DNA from: a virus
Virus record (IMG/VR): IMGVR_UViG_3300037483_001670
Span: 118,424 to 182,423 of that record
DNA: 64,000 bases
Strand: one strand, 5' to 3'
Both the position numbers and the translations under genes were made by a program. Below, piece by piece: positions 1-8,676 of the stretch; within the stretch, counting starts at the first letter, position 1, and each line of letters begins with the position of its first letter. A model generated the notes under the pieces. The model had not been told where the DNA came from, searched no databases, and saw only the letters and a program-made list of their open reading frames with translations.

Positions 1-365
1 TTGCACGGGCGGCAGGCGGTGACCGCATTCTCCCAGTTCTTGCGGCCGCCCCGCGACTTCGGAACAACGTGGTCGATGGTCAGCTTGAGAACCGGAAACT
101 TGCCGTCGCAGTACTGGCAGCGCTGGCCGTCGCGCGCGAACACGTTTTCGCGCGAAAAGCGCACCTGGCGCATCATGCTCGGCGTCGGCTTCTTCAGCCG
201 CAGCACCGCCGGGATTTTCATCGTGACCGACGGGCTCGACACCGTCTCGTCGTACTCGGCCACGATGTCGACCGTGCCCTTGTAAACCATCACGATCGCG
301 CTCTGCCAGCAGACCACCTTGTGCCGCGAATAGTGCGGCGTCAGCACCAACGTTCTCGCCTCCAT
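1..365 (-). CDS. HNH endonuclease (McrA/HNH_5-like), runs off window start
   Basis: hand translation: RFSRENVFARDGQRCQYCDGKFPVLKLTIDHVVPKSRGGRKNWENAVTACRPC. Confidence 0.9.
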   Translation of the reverse strand, partial: MEARTLVLTPHYSRHKVVCWQSAIVMVYKGTVDIVAEYDETVSSPSVTMKIPAVLRLKKPTPSMMRQVRFSRENVFARDGQRCQYCDGKFPVLKLTIDHVVPKSRGGRKNWENAVTACRPC

Positions 366-401
366 CACACACCTACCTTATTGTTTGCATGTTAAACCTC
401 G

Positions 402-486
402 TGCTCACGGCAGGAGTCGAACCTGCATGCCCCGAAGGGCGGCTGGGTTTGGACCAGCTGCGTCTGCCTAGTTCCGCCACGCGAGC
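402..486 (-). tRNA. tRNA-Leu(CAA)
   Basis: cloverleaf, long variable arm, loop TC-CAA-AC (C33). Confidence 0.9.
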
Positions 487-489
487 GCA

Positions 490-648
490 CTACCAACCGA
501 CTGGCGACCAACACCATTCCACGTTTCCGTTCCGCTTGACCCGCACGTAGAGCCCCATCAGGCCGGTGACGTTCCGCCTCGCGCCTTTCACCTCGACGAC
601 GCGCTCGCCGTCAAGGATGACGACGGGGGCCTGCGTCACGTCCAGCAT
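490..648 (-). CDS. small hypothetical protein
   Basis: MLDVTQAPVVILDGERVVEV..., overlaps upstream gene end. Confidence 0.5.
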   Translation of the reverse strand: MLDVTQAPVVILDGERVVEVKGARRNVTGLMGLYVRVKRNGNVEWCWSPVGW

Positions 649-917
649 TCGACGATCTTCACGTCGTCGCGCGGATGGCGCGCCGTCCATAGGAAGCCAG
701 GTGGAATCTTCGAGCGAGCCTCCTCGATCGTATCGACAACCTCGAACGCCTCGTCCGGGAGGCTGTGGTCGAGGTGCGACTTCCATCCGCGCACGAGGTA
801 CTTGCCCGGGTAAAACTCGGTGTCGAAGTAGATCGTGTACGTCTGAACGCCATGCTCGTACTTCTTGCGGTACTCCTCGGTCGTGTCGCGTCCGTCGCCT
901 TCGAAGAGCATTTCCAA
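636..917 (-). CDS. hypothetical protein
   Basis: 93 aa ORF with globular-protein composition between tRNAs. Confidence 0.6.
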   Translation of the reverse strand: MEMLFEGDGRDTTEEYRKKYEHGVQTYTIYFDTEFYPGKYLVRGWKSHLDHSLPDEAFEVVDTIEEARSKIPPGFLWTARHPRDDVKIVECWT

Positions 918-928
918 AGTTTACCAGG

Positions 929-1015
929 TGTCACCGACCGGAGTCGAACCGGTACGCCCAGAAGGGCACCAGACTCTCATTCTGGCGCGTCTGCCTGTAG
1001 TTCCGCCACGGTGAC
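929..1015 (-). tRNA. tRNA-Leu(GAG)
   Basis: cloverleaf, long variable arm, loop AT-GAG-AG. Confidence 0.9.
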
Positions 1016-1528
1016 GATGCGTTTTTTCTGTCGACAGGACGTCTCCATCTGTGAGTGACAATTCGGGCAAAGAAACCTAAGATTTTCGAGACGATCGTCA
1101 CTTCTGTCTCCGTTTGAATGATCGACCTCCAAGCGCAGCAGTTTGTCGTTCCACTCCGGAAGCAGACCGCATTCCGCGCAAACATACGGAACGCCCGCTT
1201 CCTTCATCGCTCGCGTCAACAGCGCGCCGGCCCGCCTACCGCCCGCAACGCGCTTGATCAGCAGTTCTACGTGCGTCTTTTTCGGTGGCACGTGATCGCG
1301 TCCACGATTCGTGCCCTGTAGCGTGAAGTGCGAGGTGTCGAGTCCGTATTCGAGAATCCGATCAACGATCATGTTGTGCGAACCGCCAGAAAATTTCACG
1401 AAACCAAGACTTCGCATGACACCTGCAACGCTTTTCGACGCAGCTACATGCGGCGCCAAGAACTCCACGGTGTATTTGCGCTTGCAATGCCTGACCGGAC
1501 CTGGCCTCGGCCTTCGAAATGAAACCAT
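977..1528 (-). CDS. HNH endonuclease
   Basis: CAECG...LEVDHSNGDRSDDRLENLRFLCPNCHSQ; 3' end overlaps tRNA-Leu(GAG). Confidence 0.9.
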   Translation of the reverse strand: MVSFRRPRPGPVRHCKRKYTVEFLAPHVAASKSVAGVMRSLGFVKFSGGSHNMIVDRILEYGLDTSHFTLQGTNRGRDHVPPKKTHVELLIKRVAGGRRAGALLTRAMKEAGVPYVCAECGLLPEWNDKLLRLEVDHSNGDRSDDRLENLRFLCPNCHSQMETSCRQKKRIVTVAELQADAPE

Positions 1529-1603
1529 GTCCGAAAATGATTTACCGCACATGAACAGCTGCGATCCACGAGCAACTTTCGCAGAACGGACAATCAATGT
1601 CAG

Positions 1604-1692
1604 TGCCAAGGACGAGATTCGAACTCGCACACCCCGAAGGGGTACGTCGTTCTGAGCGACGCGCGTCTACCGATTGGTTCCGCCACCTTGGC
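1604..1692 (-). tRNA. tRNA-Leu(CAG)
   Basis: cloverleaf, long variable arm, loop CT-CAG-AA. Confidence 0.9.
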
Positions 1693-1693
1693 C

Positions 1694-1768
1694 TGGTACC
1701 CCGGGACGGATTCGAACCGTCGGTCTTTCGCGTGTCGAGCGAACGCTCTTCCTCTGAGCTACCGGGGC
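1694..1768 (-). tRNA. tRNA-Val(GAC)
   Basis: cloverleaf, encoded CCA, loop TC-GAC-AC. Confidence 0.9.
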
Positions 1769-1774
1769 GTGATA

Positions 1775-1788
1775 GTTACGATCGTACT
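1775..1788 (-). promoter_or_regulatory. GTTAC-N4-GTAAC-like promoter/operator motif
   Basis: GTTACGATCGTACT 6 nt upstream of tRNA-Val; recurs at 7922, 9455, 11084, 11353, 13117. Confidence 0.6.
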
Positions 1789-1834
1789 TCTTTCCATGCT
1801 CGACGTTGTCCACGTGATCCGCAAAGAGACCAGC

Positions 1835-1984
1835 ATGCCGCTCTGCCACAACATCACCGGACTCGGCAAAACCCAGGATTGGCCGAAGGGCCACAAGTGG
1901 GTCCTCCTCGGCGATCCCGACGACGGCAACGCTACGTGCCCCCACTGCGCCGGACTCCGCAAGGCGCTCCGCCAAGGACGGTGA
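1835..1984 (+). CDS. small hypothetical protein (CxxC)
   Basis: MPLCHNITG...TCPHCAG. Confidence 0.4.
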   Translation: MPLCHNITGLGKTQDWPKGHKWVLLGDPDDGNATCPHCAGLRKALRQGR

Positions 1985-1987
1985 CCG

Positions 1988-3223
1988 ATGCCCTACGGCG
2001 CCACCCTGGCAGAAATGCAGCGTCAGCCGTGGGGAGATCTCTCCGTTCTCGATGAAGTGGGCCGCACGCATTGCGGTCTGAAGCTTTGGCTCTGCACCTG
2101 CTCCTGCGGCCACAAGGCTTTGCGCACGACAACTCGGCTCCGTCGAGCCGTCAAAGATGGACAGACATCGATGTGTCTCGAGTGTCTACGAGAGCTTCGC
2201 AGCGGCCTCCACATCGAGTATGTCGATCGCCGCAGACAGTTCTTTCGCCAGATTTGGGACAAGTTTCACACGCTCTACCTCGACGTCCACCTGCGCAAAA
2301 TGGAGCTGGACATCTACGAAGAAAGCGAGCTGCCGTACCAAGATCACGATGTCCCCAACACAGACGTGCCGATCGGCTACCACGTGTACGAGCCTCCCGA
2401 TCGCTCTCCTCGCACGCCCGCCTTCGAGATGACGCTCGATGAGCTCGGAGCGCACTTCCAGGTAAGCAGGGAGCGCGCCCGGCAAATGGAACGCAAAGCG
2501 CTCCGCATGTTGCGCCATCCGAGTCGAGCCAAATTTTTGCGCCAGTTCGTCTACGATTCGGAGTTCTTTTCGCCACCACTGCAAGCGCAACCACGCAAGT
2601 CGCCGCAAATGGCAACAGCTGCCACTCCTCGACTCCACTGGACCGACCAGCACGACCAAGCTCTTCGACGCGCGCAGGACGCCGCTTACCACGGCGAAAC
2701 CCTGCACGAACAACAACAGCGTTCCGAGATCGAGCAAGAGGCCAAGATCGAAAAACGACACCGCCAACAGGAGCAACGAGCACTGCAAAGCATCGAGCGG
2801 GAACGTGTCCGCCTCGAAAAAGAACGCTCGCAACTCGACCGAGGGCTCGCAACCGTATCCGTCATGTTCTCGTGCTCTTGCTCTTCGCAATCCGAGCTAC
2901 AATTCACCTGTGCCGAGCTCTTGACTCTCGAACGTCAGCTCGATCCAAGGCTCGTTCTCAGCGCTAAAACCATGTGCGAGACGCTGCACACCTGGTCCCT
3001 TGTCCGACGCCCCGACTTGGACCACTCCCGCTTCGGAGCGACCGGCTTATGCGGCTATTGTTTCCGCTCCGGCGTAATCGCCCTATCCCACGACGACATT
3101 CGCATCGGGCTCGAGCGCGCGAGAGCGCAGGATCTCCTACCGCCCGACACCGAGGCGCAGCTGCGTCTCCTGCTCGACGATTATTGCCTGCGACACGGAG
3201 TACCGACCCTGGAGATCGCATGA
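1988..3223 (+). CDS. sigma70 region-4 HTH-containing fusion protein
   Basis: [41 protein letters not shown] matches RpoD region 4.2; N-terminal WLCTCSCG. Confidence 0.8.
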   Translation: MPYGATLAEMQRQPWGDLSVLDEVGRTHCGLKLWLCTCSCGHKALRTTTRLRRAVKDGQTSMCLECLRELRSGLHIEYVDRRRQFFRQIWDKFHTLYLDVHLRKMELDIYEESELPYQDHDVPNTDVPIGYHVYEPPDRSPRTPAFEMTLDELGAHFQVSRERARQMERKALRMLRHPSRAKFLRQFVYDSEFFSPPLQAQPRKSPQMATAATPRLHWTDQHDQALRRAQDAAYHGETLHEQQQRSEIEQEAKIEKRHRQQEQRALQSIERERVRLEKERSQLDRGLATVSVMFSCSCSSQSELQFTCAELLTLERQLDPRLVLSAKTMCETLHTWSLVRRPDLDHSRFGATGLCGYCFRSGVIALSHDDIRIGLERARAQDLLPPDTEAQLRLLLDDYCLRHGVPTLEIA

Positions 3224-3334
3224 AAAACAGACGCCCATGGTGGGCCGCTGCCGATTCGAACGGCACCAAACCGCGTATCAGACGATTCAGCTCAACCAGA
3301 GACTCGCGGCCCAAAAAGAAAGGATCCGGAACAC

Positions 3335-3703
3335 ATGACTCAGTCAATGGACATCACCACTCCGCTTCGAACAACCAAGCCGTGGACGTGCGACACCTGC
3401 CACGACCCGATCGCGGCAGACGCTGGCTATATTGCAGTAATGGACGCCGCCACCCATGGCCATCCTAACGAGGCGCCGTCTGCCGACTCCCCCCAGATTC
3501 ACATTCACGCGTACCATCGTGCCTGCGACCCGCATCCGGACAAGGAACCGTACTGGTTCGACGTGGCGCGAGCTGACACGATCGAGAAGTGGTGCTCGTG
3601 GGTGCGCCAGCTGGGCACAAAGCCTTGGATGAACGCCGGTGACCTCGCTCAGATGGTCTGCTTCTGGTTTGACAACCGGGACGAGCGACTTCCCAACCCA
3701 TGA
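3335..3703 (+). CDS. hypothetical Zn-binding phage protein
   Basis: WTCDTCH...YHRAC; ATGA-coupled to next gene. Confidence 0.7.
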   Translation: MTQSMDITTPLRTTKPWTCDTCHDPIAADAGYIAVMDAATHGHPNEAPSADSPQIHIHAYHRACDPHPDKEPYWFDVARADTIEKWCSWVRQLGTKPWMNAGDLAQMVCFWFDNRDERLPNP

Positions 3704-4188
3704 GATACTACATCGACACGGAGTTCATCGAACGCGGCCACCGGTACCCGATCGAGCTCATCTCGATCGGCGTAGTCGCCGAAGACGGCCGCGAATATTA
3801 CGCGGTGGCCAGCGACGGCTGGGACGAATCGCACGCAAGCGAGTGGGTGCGCACGAACGTCTTACCGAATCTCGGCGAGCTCGACGCCAACTGGCGAACG
3901 CCTAGGACCGCTATCGCGCAGAACATCATCGACTTCGTTGGAACGGACAAGCCAGAGTGGTGGTCGTACTATGGCGACTACGACTGGGTCGTTTTCTGTC
4001 AACTCTTCGGCTTGATGATCGATCTTCCGAAGGGGTGGCCGATGTTCTGCCGGGACCTCATCCAACTCTGCAAAGACCTCGGCAACCCCGAGCTCCCGAA
4101 GCAACTCGTCGACCGGCACAACGCGATCGAAGACGCCCGCCACTTCCGCGTGATGCACGACTTTCTGCTAGCCTTGCAGCGCAAGTGA
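3700..4188 (+). CDS. 3'-5' exoribonuclease, RNase AS/Rv2179c-like (DEDDh)
   Basis: YYIDTEF, LISIGVVAEDGREYYAV, YYGDYDWVVFCQLFG, HNAIEDAR. Confidence 0.9.
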   Translation: MRYYIDTEFIERGHRYPIELISIGVVAEDGREYYAVASDGWDESHASEWVRTNVLPNLGELDANWRTPRTAIAQNIIDFVGTDKPEWWSYYGDYDWVVFCQLFGLMIDLPKGWPMFCRDLIQLCKDLGNPELPKQLVDRHNAIEDARHFRVMHDFLLALQRK

Positions 4189-4490
4189 ACCGGCTGACGA
4201 CGTCAACCGAGGCCGCGCTCACCGCCGTCCGTTCGATGCCCTACGGCGCGCGCTCTCGACCCTTCGCGGAAGCCATGTGGCCGAGCAGCGAGGCGTGGGG
4301 CAAGCCCGCCAAGGTCTGCGGCCTCGTGGCCCGCGCCGGGCGCTGGCTCGCCGAGCTCGCCCGCGATGGCTACCTCGAAGTGCTCTACGACGCGAAGGGT
4401 GCTCGGTACAGGCTCACGAAGCACGGCAGATCGGCGCTCAACCAGCCGGTGCCGACGGCGGGAGTCGAACCCGCAAACCCCGAAAGGTGA
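4185..4490 (+). CDS. hypothetical, possible winged-helix protein
   Basis: GTGA overlap; LAELARDGYLEV...YRLTKHG pattern. Confidence 0.5.
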   Translation: MNRLTTSTEAALTAVRSMPYGARSRPFAEAMWPSSEAWGKPAKVCGLVARAGRWLAELARDGYLEVLYDAKGARYRLTKHGRSALNQPVPTAGVEPANPER

Positions 4491-4532
4491 CCGTTTTTAG
4501 GACGGCGGCGTCTGCCGTTCCGCCACGTCGGC
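4450..4532 (-). tRNA. tRNA-Leu(TAA)
   Basis: cloverleaf, long variable arm, loop CC-TAA-AA. Confidence 0.9.
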
Positions 4533-4757
4533 ATGATGAGATTCGAAGAACAACTCCGCATCGAGCTCAGCTGCCTTCGGCCGCGGTGCCGCGGCGCGCT
4601 CATGAAGTTGAAAGGCAACCTGTCGCTCCGCGAAGCTGGCGCCGATTGCACGAGACTTCTCTACGAATGCCCGACGTGCTCGCGCCGGGTCACGGTCGCT
4701 GACGGGGCACCTCGCCCTTCCGCAGCACAGCTCGATGCGTTCGACACCGTCGAGTAG
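4533..4757 (+). CDS. small Zn-ribbon protein
   Basis: CLRPRC...YECPTCS. Confidence 0.5.
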   Translation: MMRFEEQLRIELSCLRPRCRGALMKLKGNLSLREAGADCTRLLYECPTCSRRVTVADGAPRPSAAQLDAFDTVE

Positions 4758-4830
4758 TAGCCCCAGCAGGACTCGAACCTGCGCCGCCCGGAGTGTAGAA
4801 CCGGCGCTCTTGCCGCTGAGCTATGGGGCC
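4758..4830 (-). tRNA. tRNA-Val(TAC)
   Basis: cloverleaf, loop TC-TAC-AC, T31:T39 mismatch. Confidence 0.85.
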
Positions 4831-4831
4831 A

Positions 4832-4909
4832 TGGTCGGGATGACTGGATTTGAACCAGCAACCTCCTGTGTCCGAGACAGGCGCGCTAACCAGGTTGCGC
4901 TACATCCCG
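4832..4909 (-). tRNA. tRNA-Pro(CGG)
   Basis: cloverleaf, encoded CCA. Confidence 0.95.
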
Positions 4910-4910
4910 A

Positions 4911-5240
4911 TTACGTCACTTCACCGTTCGTCACCATGCCGTGCCACTCACATCCGCCCGACAACTTGACGGACGAGCTGCCCGCGACGAGCGACAGGTC
5001 GCCGAAACCGGTACCCGCCAGGTTCCATCGACCCGGGCCGGGCACCACCTCGGGCGGCACCGATGGCGACCAGCAAATCACGCTGTGCGTGCCCACCGAG
5101 CCGCCGTTCGCCTGAAAGCACTTCGGGCATAGAAAGATCACGCCATGCGCTTCCCCGATCGTGTCGACCGACCGATGGTACTGCTGGCCGTCGATCATCT
5201 CGTACACCAGGAATTTCGGCCGGAGCTCCGTCAGGCGCAT
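4911..5240 (-). CDS. hypothetical Cys/His protein (DUF6527-like pattern)
   Basis: IFLCPKC...RWNLAG...LSL...SSVKLSGGCEWHGMVTNG. Confidence 0.6.
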   Translation of the reverse strand: MRLTELRPKFLVYEMIDGQQYHRSVDTIGEAHGVIFLCPKCFQANGGSVGTHSVICWSPSVPPEVVPGPGRWNLAGTGFGDLSLVAGSSSVKLSGGCEWHGMVTNGEVT

Positions 5241-5833
5241 CGTGGCCTTGCCAGCAGAGCGTTGTATCCACCTCGACGAAGTAGAAAGTCGCCCGCGCCG
5301 ACCCACTCTTCATCGGGCGTCTTTCTTGACGAGCATGACACCAGCACCTCGTTTTCGATGTCCGCACCGCCGCCCCGGTCCGCTGGCCTCGGGACCCACC
5401 GCTCGCGCACGCCGACGATCAGGACCCAGTGGTCGGGCTGCGCGACGGGGCCTTTGCGCTCGCTGTCGACCTCGGCAATTGCGTAGTAGCCCGCGTCGAA
5501 CGCCATCCGCAGGTAGGCCCACCACTCGAGACAGTGCCGCGAGGCGAGACCGCCGAAGTCGTCGAAGTATCCCTCGGCGGCCCGTGGCCAGCGCGCGGGC
5601 GTTGGGACGATTCGATCGGCCAACCCGAGGCTCTTGGCCTCGTAAAGCGCCGATCTCATCGGTCCTTGCGAGATGGCCTTCTGCTTGCCCTCGCACAGCC
5701 TCTCGTAGACTTCGGGCACGGTGAGTCCGAACAGGCCGCCAAGCACGCACGCGCCGCAATCCCCGCCTTGGACGACATCCGGCGTCGGCTGTGGCACGAC
5801 CCGACGGGCAAGCACGACCTCATGGTCCCTCAA
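5231..5833 (-). CDS. papain-fold, C39-like cysteine peptidase
   Basis: PQPTPDVVQGGDCGACVL (Q..DCG..C) and DHWVLIVG; TTG start with GGAG upstream. Confidence 0.65.
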   Translation of the reverse strand: MRDHEVVLARRVVPQPTPDVVQGGDCGACVLGGLFGLTVPEVYERLCEGKQKAISQGPMRSALYEAKSLGLADRIVPTPARWPRAAEGYFDDFGGLASRHCLEWWAYLRMAFDAGYYAIAEVDSERKGPVAQPDHWVLIVGVRERWVPRPADRGGGADIENEVLVSCSSRKTPDEEWVGAGDFLLRRGGYNALLARPRCA

Positions 5834-5881
5834 GAATTGCACTCCGTCAGGCGCATTTATATGGCCAATATATAATAGCGG

Positions 5882-5953
5882 TCCCGGGTGAGGGAGTCGA
5901 ACCCACGTGGGCAGCTTCAAAGGCTGCTGTCTTGGCCGCTAGACGAACCCGGA
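5882..5953 (-). tRNA. tRNA-Gln(TTG)
   Basis: cloverleaf, T1-A72. Confidence 0.9.
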
Positions 5954-6222
5954 TCATCGTCATGTTTATCGATGCTTGTTGTCACCTTCCCACCGCGGCG
6001 CGCTGCAAACCTCTTCGCCCAGGCAACTACACGAGCAGTTCCGATCAGCTCTATCGCCAGAACGTACGGCACCCATACAAACCAAAGAAGCGATGTAACG
6101 ATTACGGTAATGTAGCGAAGGTCCAGCGTTCGACCGTTGTGGTCGACTTCAAGCGAACGGCAGGACCACAAATTGAACGGTACCGCAAGCACCGCGCCCA
6201 ACATCCAAATTTTCAAGACCAT
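5917..6222 (-). CDS. membrane protein
   Basis: two hydrophobic segments. Confidence 0.55.
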   Translation of the reverse strand: MVLKIWMLGAVLAVPFNLWSCRSLEVDHNGRTLDLRYITVIVTSLLWFVWVPYVLAIELIGTARVVAWAKRFAARRGGKVTTSIDKHDDDPGSSSGQDSSL

Positions 6223-6248
6223 CCCAGGGTTTCCTTCCAGCTCTTTCG

Positions 6249-6320
6249 TGCCGGTGCTCGGGGTCGAACCGAGACCTTGATCGTATGAAAATCCTGCTCT
6301 AACCGCTGAGCTACACCGGC
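6249..6320 (-). tRNA. tRNA-Met or Ile2 (CAT)
   Basis: cloverleaf, loop TT-CAT-AC, weak anticodon stem. Confidence 0.8.
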
Positions 6321-6322
6321 CT

Positions 6323-6396
6323 TGGATGCGGCGCCCTGAGTCGAACAGGGAAAACATCGGGCTTATGAGACCTGACTGGGACCGTCCCTCACCGCA
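6323..6396 (-). tRNA. atypical tRNA-Met(CAT) with minimal D-loop
   Basis: 7-bp acceptor, T-arm CCCTG-TTCGACT-CAGGG, loop CT-CAT-AA, CCA; D-arm GGGA-CGG-TCCC. Confidence 0.65.
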
Positions 6397-6419
6397 CAAG
6401 CAACGTACCACAACTTGAG

Positions 6420-6492
6420 CGCCCTCGGCAGGACTCGAACCTGCAACATCAGGCTCCGGAGGCCTGCGGTCTATCCATTGGCCTACGAGGGC
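6420..6492 (-). tRNA. tRNA-Arg(CCG)
   Basis: cloverleaf. Confidence 0.95.
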
Positions 6493-6830
6493 AGCTTCTC
6501 TTTCGCCTTCAACTTCGCTTCGATGTCCCAGAGCACGTGCTCCGGCTTCCCCACGTCGAGCGGACCCGACGACGCCAGCGTCATCCCCGGCACGCGCACC
6601 TCACCGATGTAGCCCGACCGCATGCGGATGATCGTCACCTGCGCGCCGACGTCATTGCCCGCCATCCGAAAAATCTCGTCGAGCGTCGTCGCGGGGCGCG
6701 GCATCTCCTCGAGCCACTTGGCCAGCGCGCCGAGCTTCACCATGAACCGATCCAGCAGCACGTAAAGCGCCACCCAGCTCGTCGCAACCGTGACACCCAG
6801 CGTGACCGGGATGATCCACCAATAGCCCAT
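6483..6830 (-). CDS. membrane protein, probably leaderless mRNA
   Basis: N-terminal TM; GGTACAAT-CGTGCG directly before ATG. Confidence 0.65.
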   Translation of the reverse strand: MGYWWIIPVTLGVTVATSWVALYVLLDRFMVKLGALAKWLEEMPRPATTLDEIFRMAGNDVGAQVTIIRMRSGYIGEVRVPGMTLASSGPLDVGKPEHVLWDIEAKLKAKEKLPS

Positions 6831-6852
6831 CGCACGATTGTACCACCCGAGG

Positions 6853-6924
6853 CGCCCTCCCCGCGATTCGAACGCGGAATGCCGGTTTCGTAGACCGGTA
6901 TGATCTCCATTTCATCAGGAGGGC
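6853..6924 (-). tRNA. tRNA-Arg(ACG)
   Basis: cloverleaf. Confidence 0.9.
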
Positions 6925-6934
6925 AAAACCACAG

Positions 6935-7007
6935 CGTCCCGTGCGGGAGTCGAACCCGCGTTTGCTGAGTGAAAATCAGCGATCCTGGGCCCCTAGATGA
7001 ACGGGAC
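6935..7007 (-). tRNA. tRNA-Glu(TTC)
   Basis: cloverleaf. Confidence 0.95.
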
Positions 7008-7016
7008 AGTTCACAG

Positions 7017-7090
7017 CGCCCCACGGAGGATTCGAACCTCCAACCTGACCGATAGAAGCGGCCTGCGCTATCCGGTTGCGCCACTGGGGC
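7017..7090 (-). tRNA. tRNA-Arg(TCT)
   Basis: cloverleaf, stem GGCCG/CGGTC, loop CT-TCT-AT. Confidence 0.9.
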
Positions 7091-7094
7091 GGAG

Positions 7095-7920
7095 CTACTT
7101 CAGCAAAGCAATGTTGGTCTGGTACTTCGCGCAAAGCACGCCGGGGTCGATCTCTTCGATCTCGCCGTTCTCCAAGATCTCGACCACCTTGTGCCCGAAG
7201 CTCGTGAGCTTCTTAGCGAAGCGCATCGGGTCCTCGAAAAACATCGGCGTAAACTCGAGCACCAGCTGCATCTTCGGGTTCCGCTCGAGCAGGCCCTGCA
7301 TCCCGTCCCACACCCGCTCCTCCGAGCCCTCGACGTCCATCACCACGAGATCGATCTCCTGCTTCGCGCCGAGTGCGATGTCGAGCGTCGTCTGCGGCAC
7401 CTGGTAATGCGAGGCGCCTCCGTGGACCAGATGCTTCGCCGCTTGGTCGTCGCGCACGTAGGCGTACCCGTTCCGGTGCTCGTTGATCGACATCTCGACC
7501 GGATCCGACGAGTTGCCCACCGCCGTATCGAACACCCCGACGCGCCCTTCGTAGAACCCGTTGGCGCGCGCCGAGCGACCGACCAAAGTCCGCCAGGCGC
7601 TTCTGCGGCTCGAACGAATAGACGTACCCTTGCGGCCCGACGAGATCCGCGAGCAGCATCGTGTAGTAGCCGACGTTGGCGCCCACGTTGACGACGCGCG
7701 TCCGCGGCTTCACGAGCTTGACCACCTGCGTCGTAATCCACGGTTCCCAGATGCCGTCCATCAGCAAACTCGGCGCGATCGATTCGTCGCGCGAGTCGAC
7801 GTACATCTTGTACTTGTTGAGCACCCTGCAAATGTTGATGCCGCTCCCCACGTAGACGGACTTCGCACCTTCCCGTGAGACGCGCTCGAGCTGCTGCCGA
7901 TCGACGATGTCGTAACCCAT
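7095..7920 (-). pseudogene. FkbM-family SAM methyltransferase, 1-nt frameshift at about 7586
   Basis: N-half VVNVGANVGYYT...YSFEP; C-half IDLVVMDVEGSE...LVLEF in another frame; joined by removing one T from GACTTTGGTC. Confidence 0.85.
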
Positions 7921-7945
7921 GGTTACGTTCGTAACACAGACACAG

Positions 7946-8018
7946 AGGCGCAGGCGAGAATCGAACTCACGCAATGGGGTTTTTGCAGAACCCTGCCTTT
8001 CCGCTTGGCTACTGCGCC
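7946..8018 (-). tRNA. tRNA-Cys(GCA)
   Basis: cloverleaf, U73. Confidence 0.95.
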
Positions 8019-8117
8019 AGGCGTGAAGCGCCATACGGTCACTTCACGGGGTCGACGGCTCGGCCCAGCCATCAACAACTCTGCCGGCCTGGTTGGCCGC
8101 GAACACCGGCAGATCGG

Positions 8118-8189
8118 AGCGGTGCACCGGATTCGAACCGGTATTAACTGCCTGGCAGACAGCAGTCCTAACCATTGGACGAGCACCGC
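8118..8189 (-). tRNA. tRNA-Gly(GCC)
   Basis: cloverleaf. Confidence 0.9.
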
Positions 8190-8260
8190 AAAAGATCGGC
8201 CGACGCCGAAAGAGCGCTCCCTCCCGGTGCGCATCCCCGAGAAGGCAGTCGACGGCGACC

Positions 8261-8334
8261 TGGAGCGGGCAGCGAGACTCGAACTCGCATACTTGGCATG
8301 GAAGACCAAAGTCCTACCGTTGGACGATGCCCGC
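8261..8334 (-). tRNA. tRNA-Gly(TCC)
   Basis: cloverleaf, encoded CCA. Confidence 0.95.
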
Positions 8335-8369
8335 GCAACACGTGTACAATTGACTGTGGAGGTGCCCAC

Positions 8370-8528
8370 ATGGCCACCATCATCGTTCCCCTGATCGTTT
8401 TGATCCTCGGCGCGCTCATGTACGCACTTGCCGCCAATCCGAAGCTCCAGGAGATGGGTCGCCTCCTGTTTTTCGTCGGTGCCTTCTGGCTCGTCCAGAT
8501 GTTTGCCGGCCGACAAGTGCACTTCTGA
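8370..8528 (+). CDS. small two-TM membrane protein
   Basis: GGAGG RBS, TACAAT upstream, two hydrophobic helices. Confidence 0.7.
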   Translation: MATIIVPLIVLILGALMYALAANPKLQEMGRLLFFVGAFWLVQMFAGRQVHF

Positions 8529-8598
8529 GCCCTGCACGGGAATCGAACCCGCGTCGCGCTCTTACCAAGAGCGAGCTCTCCCACTGAGCTAACAGGGC
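8528..8598 (-). tRNA. tRNA-Thr(GGT)
   Basis: cloverleaf. Confidence 0.95.
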
Positions 8599-8604
8599 AC
8601 TTCG

Positions 8605-8676
8605 TGGAGACCGGGAGAGTCGAACTCCCGTCGGCCGGGTGCAAACCGGCTGCTCTCCCAGTTGAGCTAGGTCCCC
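8605..8676 (-). tRNA. tRNA-Ala(TGC)
   Basis: cloverleaf, G3:U70. Confidence 0.95.

Noticed and set aside
1988-3223. Complete sigma factor
   Set aside because: No recognisable region 2 or region 3
7017-7090. Possible amber suppressor tRNA (CTA) and stop-codon recoding
   Set aside because: Correct stem register GGCCG/CGGTC centres TCT (Arg); TAG terminates genes normally, for example at 26321 and 48505
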